A DNA stretch of 57,998 nt from Candidatus Omnitrophota bacterium. GTDB lineage: Bacteria; Omnitrophota; Gorgyraeia; Zapsychrales; Fredricksoniimonadaceae. The translations under genes were made by a program, and so were the position numbers. The first letter of the stretch is position 1. Each line of letters starts with the position of its first letter. The stretch covers positions 1-57,998 of the forward strand of contig JBAXRK010000013.1 in assembly GCA_037131245.1 (NCBI GenBank), written 5' to 3'. Below are positions 36,020 to 45,814 of this stretch, piece by piece. A model generated the notes under the pieces. It ran no database searches, was not told the origin of the DNA, and saw nothing but the letters and a program-made list of their open reading frames with translations.

Positions 36020-39000
36020 TTAATGCCCGCCGGAAGACTTCTCCTCCAGCGCCTGCGCCAGCAGCTTCTCGTGTTCATGCTTGCCTTCGAAACGCGCCAT
36101 CAAACTATAAAAACACGGCACCACGTAAAGCGTCAAGACTGTCGAAAAGATCACCCCGCCGATCACCGCGATCGCCATCGGGTTGCGGCTTTCCGCGCCG
36201 GGGCCGAAGGCCAGCGCGGCGGGAACGGCGCCCGCGATGGTCGCGACCGACGTCATTAAAATAGGCCGCAACCGGATGGGGCAGGCCGTCAGCAGCGCTT
36301 TCTTCACATCCGGCTCGCCTTTTTCGCGCACCTGATTCGTAAAGTCCACCAGCAAGATCGAGTTCTTCTTGACGATCCCCATCAGCAGGATCAGCCCGAT
36401 CACGCTATAAATACTGATCGACCGATGCGTCACATACAGCGCGAGCAAGGCACCGGAAATACTAAAAGGCAGCGCCATCAAAACTGACAACGGGTCAATA
36501 AAACTGTTGAACTGCGACGCCAGGACCATATACGCCACCACAATGCCAAGCAGAAGGACCCAAACCAGGCTCTGCAACGACTCGGCGAACGTCTGCGAAC
36601 TGCCGGTCAGGGCCACATGGTATTCCGGCGGCAATATTTCCCTGGCAATGTCCTGCACCGCTGTCAGGGCTTTCTGCTGCGACGCACCCGCCTTGACATT
36701 AGCATAGACGGTGATCGACCGCTCCCGGTTACTGCGCCAGATCTCGACCATGGACTTCTTTTCCTCCATCGAGACCAGGTCGGCCAATGGCGTCAGTTCA
36801 CCATGGTCATTACGGACAAAGAGGCTGTTAACCTTGGCCCGCGGATCACCGGCGCTGTCCTCGAGTTTCACGCGGATATCGTAACGGTGCCCGCCCTTCT
36901 CGTATGTCCCGACAGCGACACCGCCGATCGTCGCTTCAATGACTTGCGAAATAGCGGCGATGCTTACCCCGCGCTCCGCGGCTTTTTTACGGTCCGGGAC
37001 AATATGCAGCTCCGGCTGGCCCAGGGAATAATTGGTATCCACATCCGTGACCAGGCCGGTCTTGTCCATCTTGTCCATGATCTGTTTTGAATAATCCGCC
37101 AGCTTGACCCAATCCGGTCCCTGAACCGTGAATTCCACCGGGAAGCCTCGCGACGCGGTAAATGCCCGGGTGGAAAGGTCCTGGATCACCGCTTTGACAT
37201 CCGGCAGTTTCTTGAATCTTTTCCGGCAGACATCCATGAACTCCAGCTGGCTGAGCTCATGCCCGGCAGCCGGGTCGATGCCGCGTTGCCCCTTGTCTTT
37301 CATGGTCACCAGGACCGACCCACTGTTCGAATCCCCCGGAGATCCGCCGCCGACCCGCAAAACATAACGGGCGACCTCGGGCCGCGTGGAAAGAAAATCT
37401 TCGACAGCTTTGAATTTATCGTCGGAATACTGGAGCGCGGACCCAACCGGCGTTTTTAACCGGATATTGAAACGGCTCTGATCCTCGGATGGGATGAACT
37501 CCTTGTTGATGAACGACAGGGCCGAAAAACTGAGCGCGAACACCAGAAGCGCGGCGAACAGGACCTTAAGGCGGTGGTTAAGCGCGGCCTTAAGCGACCC
37601 GGCATAGAACTCCCGGGCCCGGTCCATCAACCAGTCAACCCCACGCCCGAACCAAGTCGTCCTTGGCCTGATGTCAACGAACTGTGAACAGCGCATCGGG
37701 GTCAAGGTGAGCGCTTCGACCAGGGACAACAGGACAGCCACCGTGATCGTCACTCCGAACTGAAAAAAGAACTTTCCAATAACCCCGCTCATGAACGCCA
37801 CGGGCAGAAAGATCGCCACAACTGAAATGGTCGCGGCCATCGCCGCGAACGCGATCTCGCTCGACCCCGCCAGCGCCGCCAGGATACGGCTCTTGCCTTT
37901 TTCCTGGTGGCGGATGATATTTTCCAGCACCATGATCGCGTCATCGACCACGATGCCGATCGACAGGCTCAGGCCGAGCAAGGTGAACGTATTAAGCGTG
38001 AAGCCGGCAAAATAAAGCACAATGAACGTGCCGACCACCGACGTCGGGATCGCCAGCAGGACATTAAGTGTCGACGTCCAGGAGCCCAGGAACATCCAGC
38101 AGACCAGGCCGGTCAGGAAGGCCGAAAGCAACAGCGTAAAATTCAATTCATGCACCGCCTGCTCGATATAGCGGGTGCTGTCAAAATTGATGCTCAGCTT
38201 CATGCCCTCCGGAAGGCCCTTCTGGACCTCGGCGACCTTCAGCCGCACGGCCTTGGCCACCGCAACAGCATTGGAGCCGCGCTGCTTGAGGATATTCAGG
38301 GAAACGCCCGGCGTCTTCATCGCCCGGCTCACACTCAGCGCGTCCGCCAGGTCCTCATCGATCCGCGCTACCTCGCTAAGGCGGATCGGGACATAATTCG
38401 GCTGCCCGCCGCGCCGGTTGATGGTCAAGTTGCCGAACTCGTCAAGATTCTTGGCCTCGCCCATGGTCCGGACATTAAGCTGCCTTTTGCCATCCTGCAG
38501 CTGGCCCGCGGGGCCTTCCTGATGTTCATTCTGTATCGTCGCGATAACATCATCGACCGAAAGCTCATGGGCGTTAAGGGCTTGCTCATTAAGCCAAACA
38601 CGCAGATTGGGGTCGCGATAGCCGCCCAGCGAAATATCCCCGACCCCGGCCACCGTCGAGAACTGGTTCTTGACACGGTCATTGGTAAATGACATCAGGT
38701 CCTTGAGGGGGAACTTATCGCTCTCGAGTGTCAGGAGCATGATCGGCTGGTCTTCGGGATTCGACTTGCGGATGGTCGGGGAAACAACATCCTTGGGCAG
38801 TTTCTGCATCACGGAGGAGATCTTGGCCTGAACGTCCTGGACCGCCAGATCGATATCGCGGTTAAGCTCGAACTCGATTGTTACCGTGCCTTCGCTATTT
38901 TCCGACCGGGATGTCACGCTGCGGATGCTCTGGATGGTCATCACCGCGTTCTCAATAATGTCGACGACCGACGTTTCGATCACCTCCGGCGCCGCGCCTT

Positions 39001-39154
39001 CCAGCCTGACATTGACCGAGACCACGGGATAGTCCACGTCCGGCAGCTGGCTGATCCCCATGCGCAAAAATGAGATCCCGCCGAAAACGATCAGCCCGAA
39101 CATCAGCATCCAGGCAAAAACCGGGCGCTTAATAGCTGTTTCAGATAAACTCAT
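36020..39154 (-). CDS. RND-superfamily efflux permease (AcrB/HAE1-like, 1044 aa)
   Basis: The N-terminus is AIKRPVFAWMLMFGLIVFGGISF. It has two large periplasmic loops, 12 TM helices and the motif VVDDAIMVLENI. Confidence 0.9.
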   Translation of the reverse strand: MSLSETAIKRPVFAWMLMFGLIVFGGISFLRMGISQLPDVDYPVVSVNVRLEGAAPEVIETSVVDIIENAVMTIQSIRSVTSRSENSEGTVTIEFELNRDIDLAVQDVQAKISSVMQKLPKDVVSPTIRKSNPEDQPIMLLTLESDKFPLKDLMSFTNDRVKNQFSTVAGVGDISLGGYRDPNLRVWLNEQALNAHELSVDDVIATIQNEHQEGPAGQLQDGKRQLNVRTMGEAKNLDEFGNLTINRRGGQPNYVPIRLSEVARIDEDLADALSVSRAMKTPGVSLNILKQRGSNAVAVAKAVRLKVAEVQKGLPEGMKLSINFDSTRYIEQAVHELNFTLLLSAFLTGLVCWMFLGSWTSTLNVLLAIPTSVVGTFIVLYFAGFTLNTFTLLGLSLSIGIVVDDAIMVLENIIRHQEKGKSRILAALAGSSEIAFAAMAATISVVAIFLPVAFMSGVIGKFFFQFGVTITVAVLLSLVEALTLTPMRCSQFVDIRPRTTWFGRGVDWLMDRAREFYAGSLKAALNHRLKVLFAALLVFALSFSALSFINKEFIPSEDQSRFNIRLKTPVGSALQYSDDKFKAVEDFLSTRPEVARYVLRVGGGSPGDSNSGSVLVTMKDKGQRGIDPAAGHELSQLEFMDVCRKRFKKLPDVKAVIQDLSTRAFTASRGFPVEFTVQGPDWVKLADYSKQIMDKMDKTGLVTDVDTNYSLGQPELHIVPDRKKAAERGVSIAAISQVIEATIGGVAVGTYEKGGHRYDIRVKLEDSAGDPRAKVNSLFVRNDHGELTPLADLVSMEEKKSMVEIWRSNRERSITVYANVKAGASQQKALTAVQDIAREILPPEYHVALTGSSQTFAESLQSLVWVLLLGIVVAYMVLASQFNSFIDPLSVLMALPFSISGALLALYVTHRSISIYSVIGLILLMGIVKKNSILLVDFTNQVREKGEPDVKKALLTACPIRLRPILMTSVATIAGAVPAALAFGPGAESRNPMAIAVIGGVIFSTVLTLYVVPCFYSLMARFEGKHEHEKLLAQALEEKSSGGH

Positions 39155-39235
39155 TGACCGGCCGTCCCCTGTTAAAAATCAACGGCCCATTATACCGCGT
39201 CTTTTGGATTCGTCTCGATTTAAACCGCCCGATCT

Positions 39236-39661
39236 TCAAGGCGTGAAGACCGCCAACTCCCCCCGGAAGGTCAGCATGGTATCCCGATAAGGGATATATT
39301 CATCCGGACGGCAGTAATGCCGCCCGCAACGCCCGGGAATGAGCTCCAGCCCGTCGTACACGACACTCTGCGAGCTGGCATTGATAATGGCATCGGCGCC
39401 CTTGGCCCGGGCGACATTCCGGGCCTCATCCGCCAGAAGATCGGAACTGATATTCTCGCTGAAGCGTCCGGTAAGCTCAACTTTACCGATCAGCCGGTAG
39501 GCCTGGGCCGTCTTCGGCAGCTGGCCCTCGGGATAAATACTCACAAAATAATACCGCCCCTTTTCAGGCAAACGCTCGCCCGTATAGCTGACATACCGGG
39601 TGTTGACCGCGCACCCGGCCAGACTCACGATCACAAGGAATATCCACCAAACTTTTTTCAT
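39236..39661 (-). CDS. Small lipoprotein, function unknown
   Basis: The lipobox is IVSLAGC after a signal peptide, and the protein is 141 aa. It lies upstream of the RND gene and is co-directional. Confidence 0.6.
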   Translation of the reverse strand: MKKVWWIFLVIVSLAGCAVNTRYVSYTGERLPEKGRYYFVSIYPEGQLPKTAQAYRLIGKVELTGRFSENISSDLLADEARNVARAKGADAIINASSQSVVYDGLELIPGRCGRHYCRPDEYIPYRDTMLTFRGELAVFTP

Positions 39662-39669
39662 AACAAGCC

Positions 39670-40332
39670 CTATTTCGCGTACATCACCTGCAACTGGGTG
39701 ACTTTGGGAAATTCGGCGTAATACTCGCCCTGCGGGCCCGTGAACCCCGGGCCGGAACGCTTGATCACCACCGCCGTGTAACCGCCTTTTTTATCAGGGA
39801 TATTGACCGTAAAAGACTGGTCTTCCGCCACCGCCGCGACAGGCAGAGCGGTCGACGCCGAAGACACCACCGGCACGGGCACGGATGAAGCAATCACCAC
39901 CGGCGCCGTCACGACCGTGAACGGCGGCGGAACGACCTGATACCCGTAACGTGTGTAAACATAATACGTGCCGTTATCTGTGTAATAGGTGACCCCATTG
40001 ACCGCGACCGGGCGAAAATCAGACGGGATCACGGCAACCACGGCCCCCACCGGCGGCGGGACGAGCATATACTCATTGCCCAACCGGTTGTAATACAACC
40101 CGTCGTAGTAATAATACCGGCTGTTGCTCACATGAACAATGAACGCATCTCTCGGCGGCGCGAAGGTCAGCCGCAAGCCGAAAGACGGCCGGTCGTGATA
40201 GCGATAATAATGGCGATCATCTCGCCGGTCATCATGCCGGTCACGGTCCCAGGCATACGACACGCCCGGCAAAACCAGCATGATCGAAACGGCCGCGACA
40301 AACCCCACGCTAAGAACCTTCTTGACTGACAT
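39670..40332 (-). CDS. Exported Tyr/Pro-rich protein, paralogue A (220 aa)
   Basis: It has a signal peptide (...LPGVSYA), an R/D/H/Y-rich stretch and Y-rich beta-like repeats. The C-terminal ~47-aa module is shared with the next gene. Confidence 0.65.
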   Translation of the reverse strand: MSVKKVLSVGFVAAVSIMLVLPGVSYAWDRDRHDDRRDDRHYYRYHDRPSFGLRLTFAPPRDAFIVHVSNSRYYYYDGLYYNRLGNEYMLVPPPVGAVVAVIPSDFRPVAVNGVTYYTDNGTYYVYTRYGYQVVPPPFTVVTAPVVIASSVPVPVVSSASTALPVAAVAEDQSFTVNIPDKKGGYTAVVIKRSGPGFTGPQGEYYAEFPKVTQLQVMYAK

Positions 40333-40361
40333 GATCGACCCCCTGTGTTTAAAATATTTTC

Positions 40362-40949
40362 CTACTTGCCGTACATCACGCGCAATTGTTCTATTTTAGG
40401 GAACTCACTGTAAAACTCTCCCTGGGGCCCGATGAACCCGTTACCGGACCGCCTGATGACCACTTGGGTGTAACCGCTTTGGGAATTCGGAACAGAAACA
40501 GTGAATGCCTCCGCGGCAACCGGCACCGGAGAAATGGCTGCCTGTGGCCTCACGGTCGTCGCATGATCGCTGGGGATCTGCGCGCCGGCAACACCGCCGA
40601 TCGTGGCGCCCGCGACACCGCCCAGCAAAGCGCCGCCGAGTTCATGATGCCCTTTCATCTGATGGCCAATGATCCCACCCGCCAGCGCGCCCAGCAATCC
40701 GCCCATCACGGAACCTTCCGCTACTTTCGTCTGATTCGGCTCAGCCGGGACAACCTCAACGACCTGCGGCTGTTCGACCACCACATACCTGGTCTCAACC
40801 GGGACATAATACGGTTCTTCGTAGTAATAGCGATGATAGGGATAGCCCCGGTGGTCGTCCCACCAGGCATAGGACAGGGCCGGCGGCAGCAAAGCGGCCA
40901 TCACGGCTGTTACGATCAGAACCTTTTTACCACCAATCATTTCCAACAT
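40362..40949 (-). CDS. Exported glycine-zipper protein, paralogue B (195 aa)
   Basis: It has a signal peptide (...PPALSYA), the glycine-zipper segment GGLLGALAGGIIGH...GGALLGGVAGATIGGVAG and the same C-terminal module as 39670..40332. Confidence 0.65.
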   Translation of the reverse strand: MLEMIGGKKVLIVTAVMAALLPPALSYAWWDDHRGYPYHRYYYEEPYYVPVETRYVVVEQPQVVEVVPAEPNQTKVAEGSVMGGLLGALAGGIIGHQMKGHHELGGALLGGVAGATIGGVAGAQIPSDHATTVRPQAAISPVPVAAEAFTVSVPNSQSGYTQVVIRRSGNGFIGPQGEFYSEFPKIEQLRVMYGK

Positions 40950-41027
40950 ATGTCCTCCGTGGGATCAAGCCGGGTCTTTAACGGCTTTCACCACCTTAGA
41001 CACATGCCGCAACCAAAAAGTTCCCGG

Positions 41028-41417
41028 TTACTTTCTTTCCTTAAGCGCTTTACCTACCACTTCCACCAACTCGCCATCAACGAACGGCTTATACAAATAA
41101 TAGGTCTTGCCACCCGCTTCGGTGAATTTCCACTCATTGAACATGTTCTCGCGGTCGAGCAAGCCGGTCATAAAGATCAGGATCGACTCCGGCGTCAGCT
41201 TCCTAAGGCGCTTGCACGTCTCGAGCCCGTCTAACCCCGGCATCATTTTGTCGATGAACACCAGGTCGTATTTCTTGAGCGCCACGGCCTTGACCGCCTC
41301 TTCACCGCCTGGCACATGATCAACGTTGAAGCCTTTAGCCTCCAGCTCACGCTTAAAGACCAACCCGATGATGTCCTCATCATCCACCACCAGAATATTT
41401 TCTCCCGCCATAAACAT
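41028..41417 (-). CDS. Single-domain response regulator (CheY-like receiver)
   Basis: It has ILVVDDED, LVFIDKMMPGLDG, IFMTG and YKPF. Confidence 0.85.
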   Translation of the reverse strand: MFMAGENILVVDDEDIIGLVFKRELEAKGFNVDHVPGGEEAVKAVALKKYDLVFIDKMMPGLDGLETCKRLRKLTPESILIFMTGLLDRENMFNEWKFTEAGGKTYYLYKPFVDGELVEVVGKALKERK

Positions 41418-41425
41418 CTCCCTTT

Positions 41426-43549
41426 TTACGCGCCGGACTTGGCCGGCAATCTGACTGTAAATGACGCACCCCGTTTTTGCCCTTCAGGCGGGCTCTTAAC
41501 CAGAATATCCCCTTTATAGTCGCTGACGATCGCATACGCCACCGACAGCCCCAGGCCGGTCCCCTTGCCCGGCTCTTTGGTGGTAAAGAACGGGTCGAAG
41601 ATCCTGTCCATATCGGCTTTACGTATCCCGCAACCGTCATCGGCGATCTCCACCTCAACGGCGACAACGCCGTTCGCCAGGGCAACCCTCCTGGTCGATA
41701 TCTTAAGCTCACCCTTCTTCTTCATCGCATCCACCGCGTTGTTGATGATGACGATCATCACCTGCTCGAGACGGTTCTTGTCGGCACGGACCAGCGGCAG
41801 ATCATCGGCGAAAAACTTATTCACATGGATCCCGCTGCCGACCATGATCCCTTCGCCGAAAGCCAGCACCGTGTCGATGACCAGGTTACAGTTGACATCT
41901 TCCGCCTCCCCCACGGAAGGCCGTGAAAAAGTCAGCAATCCCTTGATGATCTTGGCCATGCGCTCGCCGGCTTGCACGACCTTGGTGAGGTCCTGGAAAT
42001 CACGGTCTTCCGGCTTCTTGCCGGAAATATAATGCCGGGCGATCCCCAGGATGCCCGTCAGCGGATTGTTAAGCTCATGGGCCACGCCGGCGCTGAGCAC
42101 ACCCAGCGCCGCCATTTTCTCTGACTGGACCAGCATGGTCTGGGTTTTCTGCAATTCCCGATAAGATTCTTCAACCTCGACCGCCCTCTTTTGCGCCACT
42201 TCAGTCGCGGCCCGTGACGCCGCGATTTCGACAGCCAGCTTCTCGGCAACCTTGCGCTCGGTAATATCACGTGCTACACCGAAAAGCCCGACGCATGTTC
42301 CCTTACTGTCAAGAACCGGCCCCTTTGTCGACAAGAACGTCCTGACGCCGCCGGAGGGGTCCGCGATCACTTCTTCATAAGTTTTAACCTGCCCGGCTTC
42401 AAGCACCCGGCGATCGCCCTCCATGATCTGCGAAGCTTCCGTGGATGTGAACAAGGAGCGGTCATCCCGGCCCAGGACATCCTCGACAGGCTTGCCAACA
42501 GCCTTCGCCGCGGCGGCGTTGAACATCAGGTACCGGCCCTGCAGGTCTTTGACATAAACGGCATCCGTCGTTCCGTTAATGACCGCGTCAAGAAGCTCGC
42601 GGCTTTGCCTTAATTTCTCGGCCGTATCCCGGCTCTCGGCAAAACTGGCCGCCAGGGTCATCCCCATAACAGCGGTACACGCCATATAAAACTGAAAAAG
42701 CAACAGTAGTTCTTCCCAGGTACTGCCACCCCAAAGGTGTGCCCCGACGCTCACCCCCAGCGAACTGACCCCGATCAGCGCAAGCAGCGCAAGCGCGGCA
42801 ATAACACCCCGCTGGCCAAAACGTAAAGCCGGCCATACAAGAAGCGCAACAGGAACATACGACGAGATAAAATGGGACGCGGGGAAAACGCCGCGATTAA
42901 AAGCCAGCCAGGAAACCGAGCACCACACAGCAATAAAAGCCGCCACCTCGACCAGCCGGCTCCTGCGCAAGCCGGACAGGATCCGGCGGTGGTCGCTCCA
43001 TAACATGATCAGCGGCGTAACGATCAGGATCCCGAGGCCATCAACGATCCACCAGGACAGCCAGAAACTGCCGAACGATGCCCGCGTCGACCAGGCCGCG
43101 ACGCCGGCGCCAATGCAAGCGGTCGCGCCGTTCACCAGGGTCGCACCGGCCAGCAGCGCCAGGATATCCCTCACCCGGTTGAACGTGACGCCCGGTCCGC
43201 AAACGCGGCTGATCAGCCACGCGCACCCCAGGGATTCCAGGACATTGGCGACCATAAAACCCAGGCTGTTAAAAAGAGGGCGATACTGCAGAAAGTTCGC
43301 CGTATTGCCGGCCATGAAGATCATAAAAGCGATCATCGGCCACAAACGCCGGGGGCTCAACAAAAAAGCCGCGAGCCCGACCCCACCGGCCGGCCAGATC
43401 GTCATAAAAACTTTTTTGGTATCGGGAAATAAGAACGACAGAAAAAGGGTCAAAAAATAGGCCAGCGCAATGACCGCGACCCTGAGCACGTCCTTTAGAT
43501 CGAACGTGCCTGATCCCTGCGGGCTCTTCTCACTGATATCGTCGGTCAT
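41426..43549 (-). CDS. MASE1-PAS sensor histidine kinase (707 aa)
   Basis: An N-terminal polytopic MASE1-like domain (IWPAGGVGLAAFLL) is followed by a PAS domain. The H-box is SAGVAHELNNPLTGI and the ATPase boxes are NNAVDA, DDGCGI and GTGLGLS. The ATG overlaps the TspO stop. Confidence 0.8.
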   Translation of the reverse strand: MTDDISEKSPQGSGTFDLKDVLRVAVIALAYFLTLFLSFLFPDTKKVFMTIWPAGGVGLAAFLLSPRRLWPMIAFMIFMAGNTANFLQYRPLFNSLGFMVANVLESLGCAWLISRVCGPGVTFNRVRDILALLAGATLVNGATACIGAGVAAWSTRASFGSFWLSWWIVDGLGILIVTPLIMLWSDHRRILSGLRRSRLVEVAAFIAVWCSVSWLAFNRGVFPASHFISSYVPVALLVWPALRFGQRGVIAALALLALIGVSSLGVSVGAHLWGGSTWEELLLLFQFYMACTAVMGMTLAASFAESRDTAEKLRQSRELLDAVINGTTDAVYVKDLQGRYLMFNAAAAKAVGKPVEDVLGRDDRSLFTSTEASQIMEGDRRVLEAGQVKTYEEVIADPSGGVRTFLSTKGPVLDSKGTCVGLFGVARDITERKVAEKLAVEIAASRAATEVAQKRAVEVEESYRELQKTQTMLVQSEKMAALGVLSAGVAHELNNPLTGILGIARHYISGKKPEDRDFQDLTKVVQAGERMAKIIKGLLTFSRPSVGEAEDVNCNLVIDTVLAFGEGIMVGSGIHVNKFFADDLPLVRADKNRLEQVMIVIINNAVDAMKKKGELKISTRRVALANGVVAVEVEIADDGCGIRKADMDRIFDPFFTTKEPGKGTGLGLSVAYAIVSDYKGDILVKSPPEGQKRGASFTVRLPAKSGA

Positions 43550-44007
43550 CGGTTCAAGCTCCAGACATTAAAATTCAACACCGCCGCGAAACTGACCCAT
43601 AACAGGTACGGGACGAACAATGCTCCCGCTACCCAGTATACTCCCCAGAAAGAGAGCAAAGACAAGAAAATGAACACCCACAACAAGATCAGCTCAAAGA
43701 ATGCCCAGCCCGGGCGGCGCAGACCGAAAAATAGCCATGACCAGCCGACATTCAAGGCCAACTGCACCGCAAAGAACACCATCGGCAGGCAAGCCACTTT
43801 CGCCGGCAGATGTTCCCACGTAAGCCACCCGGCGGTGGCCATCATCACATAGAGAACGGTCCAAACCGGCGCGAACACGAAAGCCGGCGGATTCCACGAT
43901 GGTTTCTTTAGGGTTGGATACCAGGTCCGCACGGCATCCGCCGTGAACAACGAACCGGCCGCGGCCGCGGAAAAACACAAAACAAGAAATACTAGAAAGG
44001 ATGGCAT
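43546..44007 (-). CDS. tspO: TspO/MBR-family tryptophan-rich sensory protein
   Basis: It has WYPTLKKPSWNPPAFVFAPVWTVLYVMMATAGWL and five TM helices. I prefer the ATG at 44007 over the GTG at 44022. Confidence 0.85.
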   Translation of the reverse strand: MPSFLVFLVLCFSAAAAGSLFTADAVRTWYPTLKKPSWNPPAFVFAPVWTVLYVMMATAGWLTWEHLPAKVACLPMVFFAVQLALNVGWSWLFFGLRRPGWAFFELILLWVFIFLSLLSFWGVYWVAGALFVPYLLWVSFAAVLNFNVWSLNR

Positions 44008-44047
44008 AAAGCATTTTACCACCCGGAAAAGGTGACGGACACTTTTT

Positions 44048-44746
44048 TTACGAACGACGGTTCAGGCGATGGGCAACATGCAGGGCGTCGCGCAGGCAGG
44101 CAATGGACTCTTTATGGCGGTCGCCGGACTTGAGCAGAAAACCCAGCGTCTGGCGGTACTCAAGCTGCGATGGATCGAGCGCGATAGCTTGTTTGTAGAA
44201 GTGTTCGGCCTCGGCGGATTTCTTGAGCTTCTCGTGACAGACGCCGAGCCGGTAATAAATACTGCTGACACCCGGCGCGAGGCGGCGGGCTTTTTCCAGG
44301 AAAATGATCGCCTCGGCGTACTCTTCAATATTGTACAAAGACTCGCCAAGGGCATTGATGATATCAGGATCGTTCTTCGCGGTGCGCTCGGCCAACTTGA
44401 GGAAATCGGCTTCCTCTTTGTAATCGTCCATGTTCTTATAACACATGGCGAGCATGTAAAAGATGCCGGTATCGCGCTCTTCAACCTGCTCGAGATAGAA
44501 AAAGAATTCATCGCGGGCTTTGGTGTATTCGCCCAGCTGGAAATGCAGGAAGCCCTGTTCCTTATGGATCTCCGCCGATACCTCAGGCGGCGACACGAAC
44601 GTCTTTACATAAGACCCGGCCAGCCGGTGGGCAAAGCGCTTCGCCACGGCCTTCACCACGACCGGCGCGAATTTCAGACGATGCTTGACCGCCACGCTTG
44701 CTCTTTTCGCCATCACCGCTCTTCTTTTTATGACAGGATCTGCCAA
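44048..44746 (-). CDS. TPR-repeat protein (~5 TPR units, 220-232 aa)
   Basis: It has repeated A/Y/L TPR helices (YMLAMCYKNMDDYKEEADFLKLA, ALGESLYNIEEYAEAIIFLEKA, YRLGVCHEKLKKSAEAEHFYKQA). The start is 44746 (overlapping the upstream gene) or 44713. Confidence 0.75.
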   Translation of the reverse strand: MADPVIKRRAVMAKRASVAVKHRLKFAPVVVKAVAKRFAHRLAGSYVKTFVSPPEVSAEIHKEQGFLHFQLGEYTKARDEFFFYLEQVEERDTGIFYMLAMCYKNMDDYKEEADFLKLAERTAKNDPDIINALGESLYNIEEYAEAIIFLEKARRLAPGVSSIYYRLGVCHEKLKKSAEAEHFYKQAIALDPSQLEYRQTLGFLLKSGDRHKESIACLRDALHVAHRLNRRS

Positions 44747-45795
44747 AAATCTTTGGGCATGCGCTTGGCCATTTTAAGCGCCCCGTTCGCGCCCGCGAAC
44801 ACCGGCTCTTTCACGCATGTCACCTTGCCACCGCCGAGCTCTTTCATGCCTTCTTCCACCAGCTTCGCGAGCCCGATCATCTGGCTGCCGCCGCCGGCGA
44901 GGATCACATTATGGCGCAGGTCTTCCTGGAACTCCGGGTCGTAGGAAGCAATGAGGTCCGCGATCGAATCAATGATCGGCGGCACAATGCTGCGGCAAGC
45001 CGCGCGCAATTCGTTCGTGACATCAATTTCCTGCGGGCGCCCTTTTACCGGGAATTTCGCGATCAGCTTGTCCGCGCTATCGGCCACAAAACCATGATGC
45101 TCTTTAAGCGACTTCACCATATTGACGGTGAACTGAACTTCCGGATGCTTGGCCTTGATCAGTTTCGCGAACTGCTCGTCCACGTAATCGCCGGCTTTAT
45201 CAAAAGTGATCTGGTCATCATCGGTCGGCAGCGTCCCGTGCAAACGGCAAAGGTCCACCGTGCCGGCGCCGATATCGATGATAAGCGCGCGGTCCAAAAT
45301 ACCCAGCCCGTACGCCACGGAAAAAGGCTCGGAGCAGATCATGACCGCGTTAAGGATGCCGCGGGCCGCGTCCACCAAAATGCGCTTGCTCGCGATACTC
45401 GCTCTGGCCGGCGCGCCGATCACGCCGTACACCGGCTGGCCGGGTTTCGGGCGAGCCAAATGCAACAGGTGCTTCACCAGCAACTGCGCGGCTTTCAAAT
45501 TGATATTGTCATCGCCCTTGGTTTCCTGGATGACGCCCTTGGCCAACGGCCTGACGAGCTCCACCGACAGGCGATGCTTGAGCGCCGCGTCCCCGAACAA
45601 GGGTGCGCTGCCCAGCAATTCCTGGGCAATATTGTCCTTAGGAAACCCCACGAACGACGGCACGACTTCCCGCACGCCATTGCTGGCGGCAATGACCGAC
45701 GATGATGTACCGAGGTCGATCCCTACAAATAACGCGTCCGTATCCGACGCGAACGTTTCCGCTGCTTGAACCGGCAATTCTTTCTTCTTTCCCAT
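44728..45795 (-). CDS. mamK: MamK-family actin-like ATPase (355 aa)
   Basis: From the ATG at 45795 (SD AGGGGGA) it reads colinear with Magnetospirillum MamK as I recall it. Matches are GIDLGTS, VGFPKD, VIGAPARAS, CSEPFSVAYGL, IIDIGAGTVDLC, KAGDYVDE...KHPE, ILAGGGS, VTCVKEPVFAG.NGAL and P.DFWQ. It is closer to MamK than to MreB or ParM patterns. Confidence 0.75.
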   Translation of the reverse strand: MGKKKELPVQAAETFASDTDALFVGIDLGTSSSVIAASNGVREVVPSFVGFPKDNIAQELLGSAPLFGDAALKHRLSVELVRPLAKGVIQETKGDDNINLKAAQLLVKHLLHLARPKPGQPVYGVIGAPARASIASKRILVDAARGILNAVMICSEPFSVAYGLGILDRALIIDIGAGTVDLCRLHGTLPTDDDQITFDKAGDYVDEQFAKLIKAKHPEVQFTVNMVKSLKEHHGFVADSADKLIAKFPVKGRPQEIDVTNELRAACRSIVPPIIDSIADLIASYDPEFQEDLRHNVILAGGGSQMIGLAKLVEEGMKELGGGKVTCVKEPVFAGANGALKMAKRMPKDFWQILS

Positions 45796-45814
45796 TACAT
45801 CCCCCTGATCCGTT

